Positions 15,001 through 20,356 of a DNA stretch of 64,000 nt are shown in pieces. Every line of letters starts with the position of its first letter. Position 1 is the first letter of the stretch. The DNA is from Candidatus Nomurabacteria bacterium (GTDB lineage: Bacteria; Patescibacteriota; Minisyncoccia; Phycocordibacterales; UBA918): assembly GCA_023898525.1 (NCBI GenBank), contig CP060227.1:11244-75243 (forward strand). Direction: 5' to 3'. The position numbers and the translations under genes were made by a program. The notes beneath the pieces were generated by a model that was given only the letters and a program-made list of their open reading frames with translations, did not search any database and had not been told where the DNA came from.

Positions 15001-15803
15001 AATTAAAATTTGACCCGACTTTTGGAGCGGTGAATTTAAATAGCGGTCTTGATATTAGTTTAACTTCAGGAACTACTACTTTAGTTTATGCAACTGGGAC
15101 AGTGACTGATCTTAATGGTTATAGCGACTTAACTAATGCTACAGCCACTATCTACCGCAGTGGTGCTGGAGCAAGTTGTACAGCTAACAACAATAATTGC
15201 TACATATTAAGTACCGAGAATAATACTTGTAGCTTTACTGACTGTTCCGGTAATAGTTGTACTCTGTCTTGTGTCGCTGATATGCAGTTCCATGCTGATC
15301 CAACCGACGCTGATACCTATGAAGGAGAAGAATGGTTGGCTTATTTGGAGGCAGAAGATTCAGTTGGGGGTTATGATTTTGCCTCTGCGCCAGGAGTTGA
15401 ACTTCTGACCTTGCGGGCCCTGGCGGTAGACTCAAGCATAGACTATGGGTCCCTGACCCCTAACTCTGACACTGGTAGTTTTAACCCGACCACTACTGTG
15501 ACGAATCTTGGTAATGCACCGATTGATGTTGATGTTACAGGCAGCGATATGACTGGCGGATTATCTTCAACCATTCCGGCTGATCAGCAAAAAGTAGCCA
15601 CCTCCACCTTTACTTACAGTGCATGCCCAACTTGCCAGCAGTTGTCGTCGACTACTCCGGTGACACTTGATTTAAATATGTCAAAACCAGCTACCACTAC
15701 ACCACCGGTAGAGTCTGATGTGTACTGGGGAATAAATGTACCGTTCACCACCGGCAACTCAGCTCACTCCGGAGTTAACCTTTTCACGGCTATTGGTATT
15801 TAG
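1..15803 (+). CDS. Giant secreted/surface protein, 5'-partial (more than 5,259 aa in the window). It contains repeated 'SSEVDFDWV...STYNRICL' beta-sandwich modules, FN3-like 'VTYWWKVRARD' modules and three ~790-aa superrepeats of ~40-aa 'NLTFNGSGxW' beta-helix-like units. A DUF2341-like plus LamG-like region follows, and it ends in a '...VYWGINVP...LFTAIGI' tail.
   Basis: An uninterrupted frame runs from window position 3 to the stop at 15803. The frame is open to the window edge, and the first residues (GATGNATVGMSVSDGASGFQ) recur at 1483, so the gene starts upstream. I read the domain motifs directly from the translation. Confidence 0.85.
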   Translation, partial: GATGNATVGMSVSDGASGFQFALTPASITSGTIMSSEVDFDWVSNEDDWGDISWNVTEPAGTDTFLSVYYSNATTCDTLVSDVDLPGNSVGFDATSTGMVISSLSTSTYNRICLEMTLDLGTGTTSPTLNDWSINWDLPNQVPNIPEYDVPPAFDNLLATSTPILGGFVSTDFESDNMEYEFILDNDFDFGSPLLTKQSSNYPTDAGWSAATFASGATTTYTIQPADALTDGVTYWWKVRARDPSGSNEWSDYSEARSVTIDISVLELAWHQTLGYQFEDGVFDNAATTTGGVWLASTSSASSVPTIESFTSNTALTTGASITLTKPSGVEVGDLLLIMVGNDDNTATAQWDNATLKPSGFTLINEAGNATADAHTAAFYRIADGTEGATINVPSQANADYWGYYVRVSGVDQVTPINVTGADYMSGNNTNHSVTSVTTVTDNSLAFYLLAGDGGDTFPFTVSGTGWSESSEIQAGTGFGNAAGAWGTRDMTTAGATGNATVGMSVSDGASGFQFALTPASGVVGSVISPEVDFDWVSGQTNWGLIEWNITEPVGSDTLLQVYYSSSTVCDTLIPDGDLSGNAVGFGIDQNNLFINSLSTSTYNRICLSVSFDLGVAASSPILDDWTIRWVIPNQAPNTPTLSETPAFDNYRATTTLPSLGGFVSTDFESDNMEYEFILDNDFDFGSPLLTKQSSNYPTDAGWSAATFASGATTTYTIQPADALTDGVTYWWKVRARDPSGSNEWSDYSEARSVTISTAITIPEWFQTTDDQFASNFALINATTSDGLSIDASPVLVAELDGWSTGNTKTISDGSDRALIVTIISEDSGTNTNVDTVTYGGQTLTEIDDQQIGTGFSNGAWVGYLDEAGIQAAVGTTITPSWIGGAPGNGLQYMSAVYENVNQDNPVRDYSGNALTSGTTITPTASIDVFSGDMMIYVTETEDSLTHTAATGYTEGVEQDTGGNGFVNASAYKAITSDGSEYPEANWSASGNRLLMIAFALQPSPETGSVMSSEVDFDWVPNQTDWGEVIWHVNEPTGTEVLLRVYYSNSATCDTLVPDGILAGNSEGIVSGGSPLDISNLSTSTYNRICLNATLSKGIASVSPVLEDWAVSWEKSPIYEQNGFWWYNNTNAVTPTDTWPPGATTGELLQNEVINSTYPTKTGDVLRLRMGVGVTSVNSSGSSFKLQYAAGDICSESLEWSDVAPIGSSTALWRGYNNVSVSDGDTLPSASLSATDKFETYEEENDTSAIPNAINTGEYGEWDWVIENQADSGTSYCFRMVTPDGNRFKTYTNYPRLVTNQSPTVVSYPVPFDNEKMASTSPWFEFTGVDPEGENIDYQIQIDDDVDFSSPVADHNSVSNSIYFENQDTISDKSPFNDSEEIRYVIPSTLSNDVTYWWRVRAIDSEASANYGDWTTAKSFTIDTGVTISTWFQTTEEQFDTDTLEQTDATISDDVQLASGQSFGTTTSSMIDFDWVTIGNAWGEFSFTETGSANDILYHIEYNNGSSWQLIPDADLAGNASGYDTSPVDLIDLDTETYNQIRIRANFENGSPSIQDWTVNWGLRVSVPTHQLLFDNEKTGTTSPTFTFYTTDPEGDDLEYEFSWSTDVTFASGSTTVNSSSSPGFVNIDNGADTSPYFTGNTISYTMQSSLTDGVTYWWRTRAKDPTGGNSYSFWSEPWSFTVDTTATTSTWFQTTKEQFETDTLASTIASTTDSISTIPSSVVTYNFNGVTSPSATHVGRDFEVDVLDPTDPPTVDAIDTLTVLGTSASTPNLRSGIAGYASDAEATNGQYTSLSSSDDNRWTITDPNAGDNAVFWAEFDIAEDPTNIDQIDITLEGFQGAATDVAWLGIWRPGTTTPYWQELDRFQQTVTDGTYTGTITTNISEYFDGNNKIHVIFFNEDDNDSLFVDYVEVIITSNSASSGSVIGTPLDFDNGSGPAWGSMFWSDSEPGSSSLYYQVEYLNGIGEWELIPDLDLSGNSAGFTTSPIDLKLLNTTTYNEIRPVANFTCVAADCPTLNDWTIEWSRGFTVSGTAYEYDGVTALTTGTVAVAVNGVLQTGKTASISAGSWTIDNVTYFEDDIVTVFINGATDAEEAVAVTAYDGVPDITGMRLQQRHLTIGSDDNVAITNANLHTYDFTNDEDLFFDVDGSNVLSMCADVSCEDAGIVVLPNNTYNPGANLTTHDFTNAGTLVSGVNTLRVSGSWVNSATSTMTGSTVIFTATSTTETIDSTGAVSPAFNNVTFGETAGTATWTLGSLFDVNGVLTIDYGTLNRGIEEISVAGNIITNTNGYWSGIGTTTIDGTNPTTWTDNNAVNQNIGYVVVDGVSKVLLAGSNITMQSLTIEANDIFDLNNQTATINEGWNNLNTFTPRLGTIIFAATTTNHSITVGGDSFYNLTFNGSGGSWAFTEPALVVSNDFTIATGTVTMPTATTTISGSFDSTGGTFAHNNGVMYFNSGSAETITFDGGSFTNASYDLTFNGAGNWTVNDVNATSSNDVTITAGTLNFPTGVFSIGGTLVDTGGVYNGGSGTVLFYSSASEILTAGGSAFSNLEFDGIGNWSFSDTNVTVFGDLVVTQGALTLPNGTFNLGGSYTNNSTVNPGTGTLKFNSNDIGEILNFGSSSLYDVVFDNVTGGWTISTPATTTNDFTLTDASDWTLASGQVLSVGGVFTNNVGGASTTWTGTTLSLENGNYSINTKSDLGDNYETLSIATSTHVRMWNSLANSHVVDSGGSLYSQDHNSVDGDLYIFGNYINTNGVDYWSYATDFDGADLSGSERQSNVRFANGAKATFVNSIVDIIGTTSASTTIANQGAGTYTVDFSGGTTTVQYYDFTDLGSTGVSFLDSVIVPVLRNGSYTVSTPGGSAITLSSTTIDINPAKQVYNVTFATTTPMSGYNISQTDGTPTSYWWFREGSGNLNGEANDNDTGDPGSVRFDDSSLTITVAGAVYQDDGISPIIGGTCDGVTNSVRLVVNGSTTYDGSCSNIDGTYSISGVVIVGDPTLTIYLNDASGGEKGSVITRTPTSDILDLDIYANRVIVRNEDVDAVTIANMATYDSDDDIDLSFTASTGTTPVLVTNQNTELYVWQNKTFVPGGAITLSANSQANSYDGSLVLATSSTFVANGTSTYIIGGRLVQGSGASFVPASSTVIMNATTSGKSITANELVNFYDLTFSGIGGGWNIGANIEVDNNMLISTGTVTGTGDITILNGSLTGDGTLSLGGGTTTMSVSNNLGGNTAWTFYNLTLGNGLVVGTTTPLFTATTTVSGTLTIANAHFLDAGSTIWDLAGTGTVFTGSGTFIYDTSTVRYSGAGADVTSLNYYNLDINAGSGSQTYTSTGLGISVNNSLTIGGEASTTFDLNTNDVAVAVSGDVVIQNNGSFIASDSALLSVAGDWLNYGSFTHNSGTVTFDTPTATNINAGLSAFGSVDINGVGSFTVLSHATATNAWSLSNHSSFTLSGGQTLAVGGIFSNNLAGGATTWSSSTLALYGGGNYEINASTTNDTYGTLEVRDTTQIRMWNSDASSYDVNSTASLYSQDHGNVDGTLNIYGTYSNSILVDEWSYTIDFDGTDLTGGNERPVTVQFASGSGVVLSAGGTLNVIGNPIASTTITNQGSGTYGISVTGGSTNWSYYELRNLNATGLSFSGTPTVTTLSNGDIELAVTGGTGISVTDSVIDNNPAKTFTGNRFALGAAATGFNVTATGTSVSSWRFTNHFGGYDGESFDNDPDGDPGYIVWDDSAALITISGKVYSDEGSTISTICDGSTTNISLEVAGLTNYLASCDSGTGSYSITNVAYSPGDSFVVYIDGESAKAATVSSAPISSIGNFNLYENRVIVRHEGVDPLTIDDMSVWDSSDDPDIPFTAISSSPDTLDLPANYKLIVWTGKTFTPEGDVTIAGGGAGQPYDGTLELYANSVFDSGTGNTHTIGGSFVASSTATFNAGTSNIILTTTGSNRSVLVNENPFFNLTFNGSGSWYIIDPNIYVNNDVTITSGVVTMPIATSTFAGSFENNGGSFVASAVSLFTSTSSGKNIRFGGSSFTKMQFTGFGDWTIIDTDATSTGSIIKTDGALTLPSGQFAVGADFLNESGSIDHNNGELVLFSTSSNMLQATGSDLYAVTFAGNGNYTILDTNLTLIESLTISTGTVTFASGTLSIGGSFDASGGLFNNSTGTVLLNSTTTGRIIDPGTSAFYDLQIGAPAGGYTLIASATTTNNFTIASVGNFVTQSSPTIYVGGVFTNSVGGGATDWVGSTLYLDGQSAYTINTKAVGGDNYNVLNIGVNSDIRMWNSAATTTQIDTNASLYSQDHNVVDGDLYIYGDFTIATTTEYWNYATDFDGTDISGFERQVNVHQATNSTTTLQSGTLNVVGVNGNKTNITNQGSGTYAFDLTGGTFNALYYAFSNLDVNGLNISGTPTLTSLSNGDFELAVNGGTLIKVTDQALNANASKVVTGNSFSTTTAIAGANVTLVGSTTNVWTFVSHTGNLDGEDFDVDDGTECGSIRWSNSSCLLTQQTNFRWRSDDGGAQVPDNEWFDVNWNARKQVRIKNVDPATYTDAAIQIFVAYDTDMQADFDDLRFTDSTGISEIPYWLGSTTNAVAAEVWVKVPSLTANETTSVFMYYNNPTATSTSSSTQVFIATDDFEDNNISEYSGQTSLFGTGTSYNYDGTYGLDNLGNESGRANLGGIYRFDQTVSQGETFRYLQYIDTSAGSGDEVCTMFGVQSPGSTNQNYAVCLEQFGIDRVSLVKDVVDNDSSGTILASSTITYSTGWYEVEIDWGTDNNIFVSLYDSANTLVATTSVTDSTYTSGGYGFTYWFHNGGWDSISSRPTLTNEPTIYFGVEQVDGGATWEAAQNSPTSFNVSDVARLRISIDNTGLPITNQQFLLEYAPLGVAPSCEAVASIGYSSVPSQASCGTSPVCMQSSTHITNGESTVDLLTNVSGIFVPGEVREDPTNITSNLDVDQNEYVELEYVIIPTNNVVDENLCFRVTNNGVDLDTYLSVAELQLKFDPTFGAVNLNSGLDISLTSGTTTLVYATGTVTDLNGYSDLTNATATIYRSGAGASCTANNNNCYILSTENNTCSFTDCSGNSCTLSCVADMQFHADPTDADTYEGEEWLAYLEAEDSVGGYDFASAPGVELLTLRALAVDSSIDYGSLTPNSDTGSFNPTTTVTNLGNAPIDVDVTGSDMTGGLSSTIPADQQKVATSTFTYSACPTCQQLSSTTPVTLDLNMSKPATTTPPVESDVYWGINVPFTTGNSAHSGVNLFTAIGI

Positions 15804-15822
15804 AGTTAGTCTAAGGAATGAT

Positions 15823-17349
15823 ATGATTAGTTTAATGTACAAATCTAAGGAAAAGTTCTTTGTCACATTCCTGGCTTTAGCTATGGTATTCACTTTTATA
15901 CCTCCTACTTTTCTTTCTTATGCACAGAATAATGATAAAGAACCTCCGCAAATATCGAATGTTGAAGTGGCTGATGTGACTGATAGTGAGATTACTATTA
16001 CCTGGGAAACTGATGAAAACGCTGATTCAGCTGTAAACTTTGGTCTCCAGCCTGATTTGGGTATAGTTCGTATACCGGTGCCTGATCGAACCAAACATTC
16101 AATTACCTTGCAAAACCTAGAGTCTGGTAGAGTTTACTATTTTCGTGTAGTTTCTGCTGATGATAACGGTAACCAAGGGATTTCAGCTGATTATAAGATT
16201 CAGACTAGCGGTAAGCCAGAAATAGGTTCAGCGGAGGGAAGTGGCAAAGCTGATACTGAATTCACTACCAACAATCCTCCAGCTAAGGAAACTAGTACTC
16301 AAGAAATAATTAATCAGATAAATCAAATTACCGACCCACTTCAGCTACAAGAAATTGTAAATGAAGTAGTAAAGGCCATTCAGGGTATCACCGAAGATCT
16401 TACTATTGTTGGTCCGCCAACAGTAATTCCAGAAACAACCAGTGCATTGGTTAGGTGGACTACTGACCGTGAGTCCACCTCTGAGGTATTGTTTTCACCT
16501 AAGAAAGGATTTGATGGCCTAAACTATGCCTATTCTCAAGCATCTACTGATGCGCCCACAACTGAGCATGAGATTAGATTGATTGGTCTAGATCCATTCA
16601 CGGACTATAATTTTAAGGTCAAGTCGGAAGATAGCTACGGAATTATTGGTGAAAGTAGAAATTTTACTTTTAAGACCAAAGCTTCATTGCCAGAAATTAA
16701 GAATCTGCGCGTAGTTAAGGTGGAGGAGAACGCCGCTACTTTAGCCTGGGATACGACTGTACCAGCTAAGGCGTTGGTGGAATACCAAGACCAAACTACC
16801 GGTGAACAAAATTCTGTCGGTAGACCAACTTTGACCACCTCTCACCAGATGCGCTTAGCAGACCTTACTTTGGGTTCGCGGTACGTGGCTTATGTAATCT
16901 CAGAAAACTCCGGTGGCGATCGGGTACGGAGTCAGCCAATTCAGTTTGTGACCATGCGGGACATTGCCGCTCCAATCATTTCAAACGTAACTAATGAGTC
17001 AACTCTTTTTCCGGGTGGAGAATCCAGAATACAGACGATCGTTGAGTGGGTGACTGACGAACCGGCCGACTGTGTTATGACTTACCGTGAAGGGGTAGCC
17101 GGTGGTACCGAACCGACTGTACGAGAAAAAGAACAGGCTGAGTACGAAGTTCAACACGTAGAGGTGGTCGTGGACTTTGCACCGGCTACCGTCTATCAGT
17201 TTTGGCTTAATTGTGCTGATGAGGCAGGTAATGATGTACAATCTGAAAATTTTGTACTCTTCACACCAATTCAAGAGAAAAATATCATTGACTTAATTAT
17301 CGAAAACTTCCAGAGTACCTTCGGTTGGGTTAAGAATATTGGTGGGTAA
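15823..17349 (+). CDS. Signal-anchored protein with four FN3-like (purple-acid-phosphatase-N-like) domains.
   Basis: The start at MISLMYKSKEKFF is followed by a hydrophobic segment. There are four repeats of the pattern 'I..W.T.......V.Y.........Y.F.V.S.D..GN'. I moved the start to the internal ATG at 15823 to avoid overlap with the giant gene. Confidence 0.6.
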   Translation: MISLMYKSKEKFFVTFLALAMVFTFIPPTFLSYAQNNDKEPPQISNVEVADVTDSEITITWETDENADSAVNFGLQPDLGIVRIPVPDRTKHSITLQNLESGRVYYFRVVSADDNGNQGISADYKIQTSGKPEIGSAEGSGKADTEFTTNNPPAKETSTQEIINQINQITDPLQLQEIVNEVVKAIQGITEDLTIVGPPTVIPETTSALVRWTTDRESTSEVLFSPKKGFDGLNYAYSQASTDAPTTEHEIRLIGLDPFTDYNFKVKSEDSYGIIGESRNFTFKTKASLPEIKNLRVVKVEENAATLAWDTTVPAKALVEYQDQTTGEQNSVGRPTLTTSHQMRLADLTLGSRYVAYVISENSGGDRVRSQPIQFVTMRDIAAPIISNVTNESTLFPGGESRIQTIVEWVTDEPADCVMTYREGVAGGTEPTVREKEQAEYEVQHVEVVVDFAPATVYQFWLNCADEAGNDVQSENFVLFTPIQEKNIIDLIIENFQSTFGWVKNIGG

Positions 17350-17479
17350 AATTAGCAAATAAGCGCAGCGACTAGTGCGAATTTTCGCGAGTAATTTTTA
17401 TCGAAAAAAAATACAGGAGAATTTTAAATTGGGGATAGTGTGTGCAGATTATAAATCTCTGTAATGGCATAATTAGGTC

Positions 17480-18802
17480 ATGGCGAAACCGCTGATTGTT
17501 TGTCGTGACCTATCGATTATTTACAACAAAGGAAAGTCAAATGAATTTAAGGCTCTGACCGGGGTAAATACAGATATTTATGAAGGTGAATACATCATCT
17601 TGTTTGGTGCGTCTGGTTCTGGTAAATCTACTCTAATGTATTCCATCCAAGGCTCTTTACCCCCGGGAGAGGGTACGTTATTGATACGCGGAGATGATAT
17701 ATATTCTTATCCACCAGAAGACCGTGTGTATTTTCAGCGTTACGTAATGGGTATTATATTTCAATCCTTCAACTTGATTCCCTCGCTTTCAGTCTTAGAC
17801 AATGTGGCTCTGCCAATGATCTTTTGTGATGCTGACAAAGCCAGTCGCGAGCGGCGAGCTCAATCGTTACTAGATCGCTTTGGGGTTGGACATGTCTCCC
17901 ACAAAGTACCAGCCATGCTTTCTGGTGGTCAGCAGCAGCGTGTGTCAGTGGCACGGTCTATGGTTAATGATCCAAAAATTCTTTTGGCAGATGAGCCGAC
18001 TGGTAACCTAGACTCAGTTTCAACTCAGCAAGTGATGGATAAGATAGACGAAATTAACACATTTGATCGCCGCACGGTAATTATGGTGTCACACAACGCG
18101 GCACACCTAAGCTACGCTCATCGTGTGTACTATTTAAAGGATGGCCATATTGTGCGAGAGGTGGTAAATCCTCAACGTAAGCAAATAAAACCTGTGAAGG
18201 AAGGGGAGACGATAGTGACTGAGCTTGAGCAGTTGGCTAGACTTTTTCCTTATGACTCGGTTGATACCCTTCGAGTAAAAAGTATGGTTAATTTTTTGAC
18301 TCAGTCACTTACGTATGACCAGCTTATCCGATTGGAGCGGGCCATAGTCTTGTTTATTAAAGGTAAGCTTGATAAAAGAGCTTTCATTAAAGGTCTCATT
18401 GAAACAGAGGAAAATGGTGGGGTAGAGGTGTCATTAGCAGAAGCCAAAAGAATGGCTTCAGTAGCTGAAAAACTAATTACTCAGTCGGACGACATTAGAC
18501 GCTTTAGAGCAAAAAAAGATAATGCTGACATTTTCTTCAGTCAACACCAGCTGGCTGAGCGTTTACGAGACCATTTAATCGGCACATTTAAGATTAAGCT
18601 AAACAAGGATCAAAACAACAACCTAGTTGAATTAATTGCTGATCGGGTGACTGGTGTAATAGAAGAAGCAGAATTTAATGAATACCTGAGTAAAAGTATT
18701 CGTAATGATGGGTTGAGTTTAGATTCAAAGGAAGCCGATGAACTGACACGTTATTTTGAAAAACTAATTGCCCAGGGAGTCGATGTGAGTTATAAGAGTT
18801 AG
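17480..18802 (+). CDS. ABC transporter ATP-binding protein of the MacB/LolD/FtsE class, with an unusual ~210-aa helical C-terminal extension.
   Basis: Walker A GASGSGKST, Q-loop, signature LSGGQQQRV, Walker B LLADEPTGNLD and the H-loop are all present. Residues ~230-440 have no ABC homology. Confidence 0.85.
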   Translation: MAKPLIVCRDLSIIYNKGKSNEFKALTGVNTDIYEGEYIILFGASGSGKSTLMYSIQGSLPPGEGTLLIRGDDIYSYPPEDRVYFQRYVMGIIFQSFNLIPSLSVLDNVALPMIFCDADKASRERRAQSLLDRFGVGHVSHKVPAMLSGGQQQRVSVARSMVNDPKILLADEPTGNLDSVSTQQVMDKIDEINTFDRRTVIMVSHNAAHLSYAHRVYYLKDGHIVREVVNPQRKQIKPVKEGETIVTELEQLARLFPYDSVDTLRVKSMVNFLTQSLTYDQLIRLERAIVLFIKGKLDKRAFIKGLIETEENGGVEVSLAEAKRMASVAEKLITQSDDIRRFRAKKDNADIFFSQHQLAERLRDHLIGTFKIKLNKDQNNNLVELIADRVTGVIEEAEFNEYLSKSIRNDGLSLDSKEADELTRYFEKLIAQGVDVSYKS

Positions 18803-19050
18803 TGAGTACAACTTGAGATTTATAACAACTTTTGATGTTACTATAATTATAGTCGCTAGACACTTTGTTTAAATGGTTTGTTCAGGAAAGGTTTGGTTGG
18901 TGTTACGATTTGGAATATTATAATTATAAGTTTGTAGAGATGTTTTAATTTTTTGCGTGCGTTCGACCACAAGCGTCCAGCAATTTTCTCAGGGAAAGAA
19001 AAAATTGGGACGTAAATTCAGAATAGTCGCTACGCTCGTTTCTTCATTTA

Positions 19051-20259
19051 ATGCGAGTTCAAGACCTAGCTCAACTTTCAACCAGAATGTTTAAGACCAA
19101 TCCAATGCGTACTTGGTTGACGATTTTAGGTATGGGTGTTGGTACTGGGGCGGTAGTGGTCCTGGTGGGTCTCGGCTTTGGGTTGCAAAAAATAATTCTT
19201 GAGCAAATTGTATTTGGTGAGACCTTACTTTCTCTGGGCGTGTCCTCTACAGGAAGTCAAAATTTAAAACTAACTAACGATACTTTAGAGGAATTTCAAA
19301 AAAAACCTGAAGTTTTAGATGCTTCTCCTATGGCTAGGTACCCAGCTCTGGTTACGTACAAAGGACTAACTGGTAATGTTTTTATTCAAGGCATTGAACC
19401 ACCATATCTACGTTATGCTGGTATTACAGCCACTGATGGAGAGGTCTTTACAGATGATGATGCGGGCAACACGGACTCGGTTATGCTTTCACCAGCTATC
19501 ATAAAACTATTTGGCGTTGATGATCCAGCTTCGTTTGTAGGTGAAAAAGTATCATTTCGACTCTTGGTACCAACAGAAGATGGCTCAGGAGATATTCAAG
19601 AGGTGTCGATTGATAAAGAGTATACAGTCCGTGGAATTACCAAAGAGGAAGGTGTTTTGAACGTTATCATGATGCTGCCCGAACTAAAAAACTACGTGAC
19701 TGTCGAGGAGTATGAAAGAGTCCAGGTTAGGGTGGATAGTAATGAAAATTTACCAATTGTTGAAAAAGATCTTATCGAAGAAGGGTATAGGGTGACTGCC
19801 TTATCTAAGACAGTGGAGCAAGCTTCTAAAATATTCCAAGGAATTCAGGCCGTTTTAGCAACTTTTGGTGGTATTGCTCTAGTTGTGTCGGCAATTGGTA
19901 TGTTTAATACCATGACTGTGACACTCTTAGAGCGAACCAAGGAAATTGGGATCATGCGAACGATTGGTGCGTCTCCAAAGGATGTAAAGAATTTGTTTAT
20001 TTCGGAGTCAATTGTAGTTGGTTTTTTAGGGGGAATAAGTGGAATTGTGATGGGTGTTGTTATAGGCGTTACCATCAATGTACTGCTTAATATTGTAGCT
20101 GGACAATTTGGTGGGCAGGCAGTGACGCTATTTTCTTTCCCCATCACTTTTCTTCTTTTTATTGCACTTTTCTCCGGAGCAGTTGGGTATCTCACCGGTG
20201 TTTTTCCCGCCCGTCGGGCTGCTACTTTAAACCCACTTGATGCGATACGTTATGAGTAA
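19051..20259 (+). CDS. ABC transporter permease of the FtsX/MacB family (TM1, large extracytoplasmic domain, three C-terminal TMs).
   Basis: The N-terminus 'NPMRTWLTILGMGVGTGAVVVL' is typical of a MacB/FtsX TM1. The C-terminal FtsX-like triple-TM carries 'ERTKEIGIMRTIGASPKDV'. The true start may be the ATG at 19087. Confidence 0.8.
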   Translation: MRVQDLAQLSTRMFKTNPMRTWLTILGMGVGTGAVVVLVGLGFGLQKIILEQIVFGETLLSLGVSSTGSQNLKLTNDTLEEFQKKPEVLDASPMARYPALVTYKGLTGNVFIQGIEPPYLRYAGITATDGEVFTDDDAGNTDSVMLSPAIIKLFGVDDPASFVGEKVSFRLLVPTEDGSGDIQEVSIDKEYTVRGITKEEGVLNVIMMLPELKNYVTVEEYERVQVRVDSNENLPIVEKDLIEEGYRVTALSKTVEQASKIFQGIQAVLATFGGIALVVSAIGMFNTMTVTLLERTKEIGIMRTIGASPKDVKNLFISESIVVGFLGGISGIVMGVVIGVTINVLLNIVAGQFGGQAVTLFSFPITFLLFIALFSGAVGYLTGVFPARRAATLNPLDAIRYE

Positions 20260-20356
20260 AAGAGTATAGATAAAAGTTGTGTGTATAACTAGCAAGCTAT
20301 TTAAATAACAATTAGATACAATTAGCAAGTAAATTAAATTTAAATATATTCAAATC

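Noticed and set aside
1-15803. A very high density of N-x-S/T sequons in the giant protein and other surface proteins, which could indicate N-glycosylation by an HMW1C-like or PglB-like system.
   Set aside because: These proteins are simply very rich in Asn, Thr and Ser, so sequons arise by composition alone. No glycosyltransferase gene is present in the window, so a glycosylation claim is not supportable.
15736-15822. An upstream extension of the FN3-protein ORF that overlaps the last 68 bp of the giant gene.
   Set aside because: The extension encodes no recognisable sequence and lacks a hydrophobic signal. The internal ATG at 15823 is followed immediately by a signal or TM segment, so I preferred it as the start.
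17350-17479. The palindrome GCGAATTTTCGC after the FN3 gene, considered as a possible terminator.
   Set aside because: A 5-bp stem with a 2-nt loop is too weak and small for an intrinsic terminator, so I did not annotate it.
19845-20195. A minus-strand 116-aa ORF inside the FtsX-like permease gene. Similar antisense ORFs lie inside other genes (for example 28326-28673 and 30684-31040).
   Set aside because: They sit fully inside strongly supported coding sequences on the opposite strand. Long antisense ORFs like these are expected in low-GC DNA.
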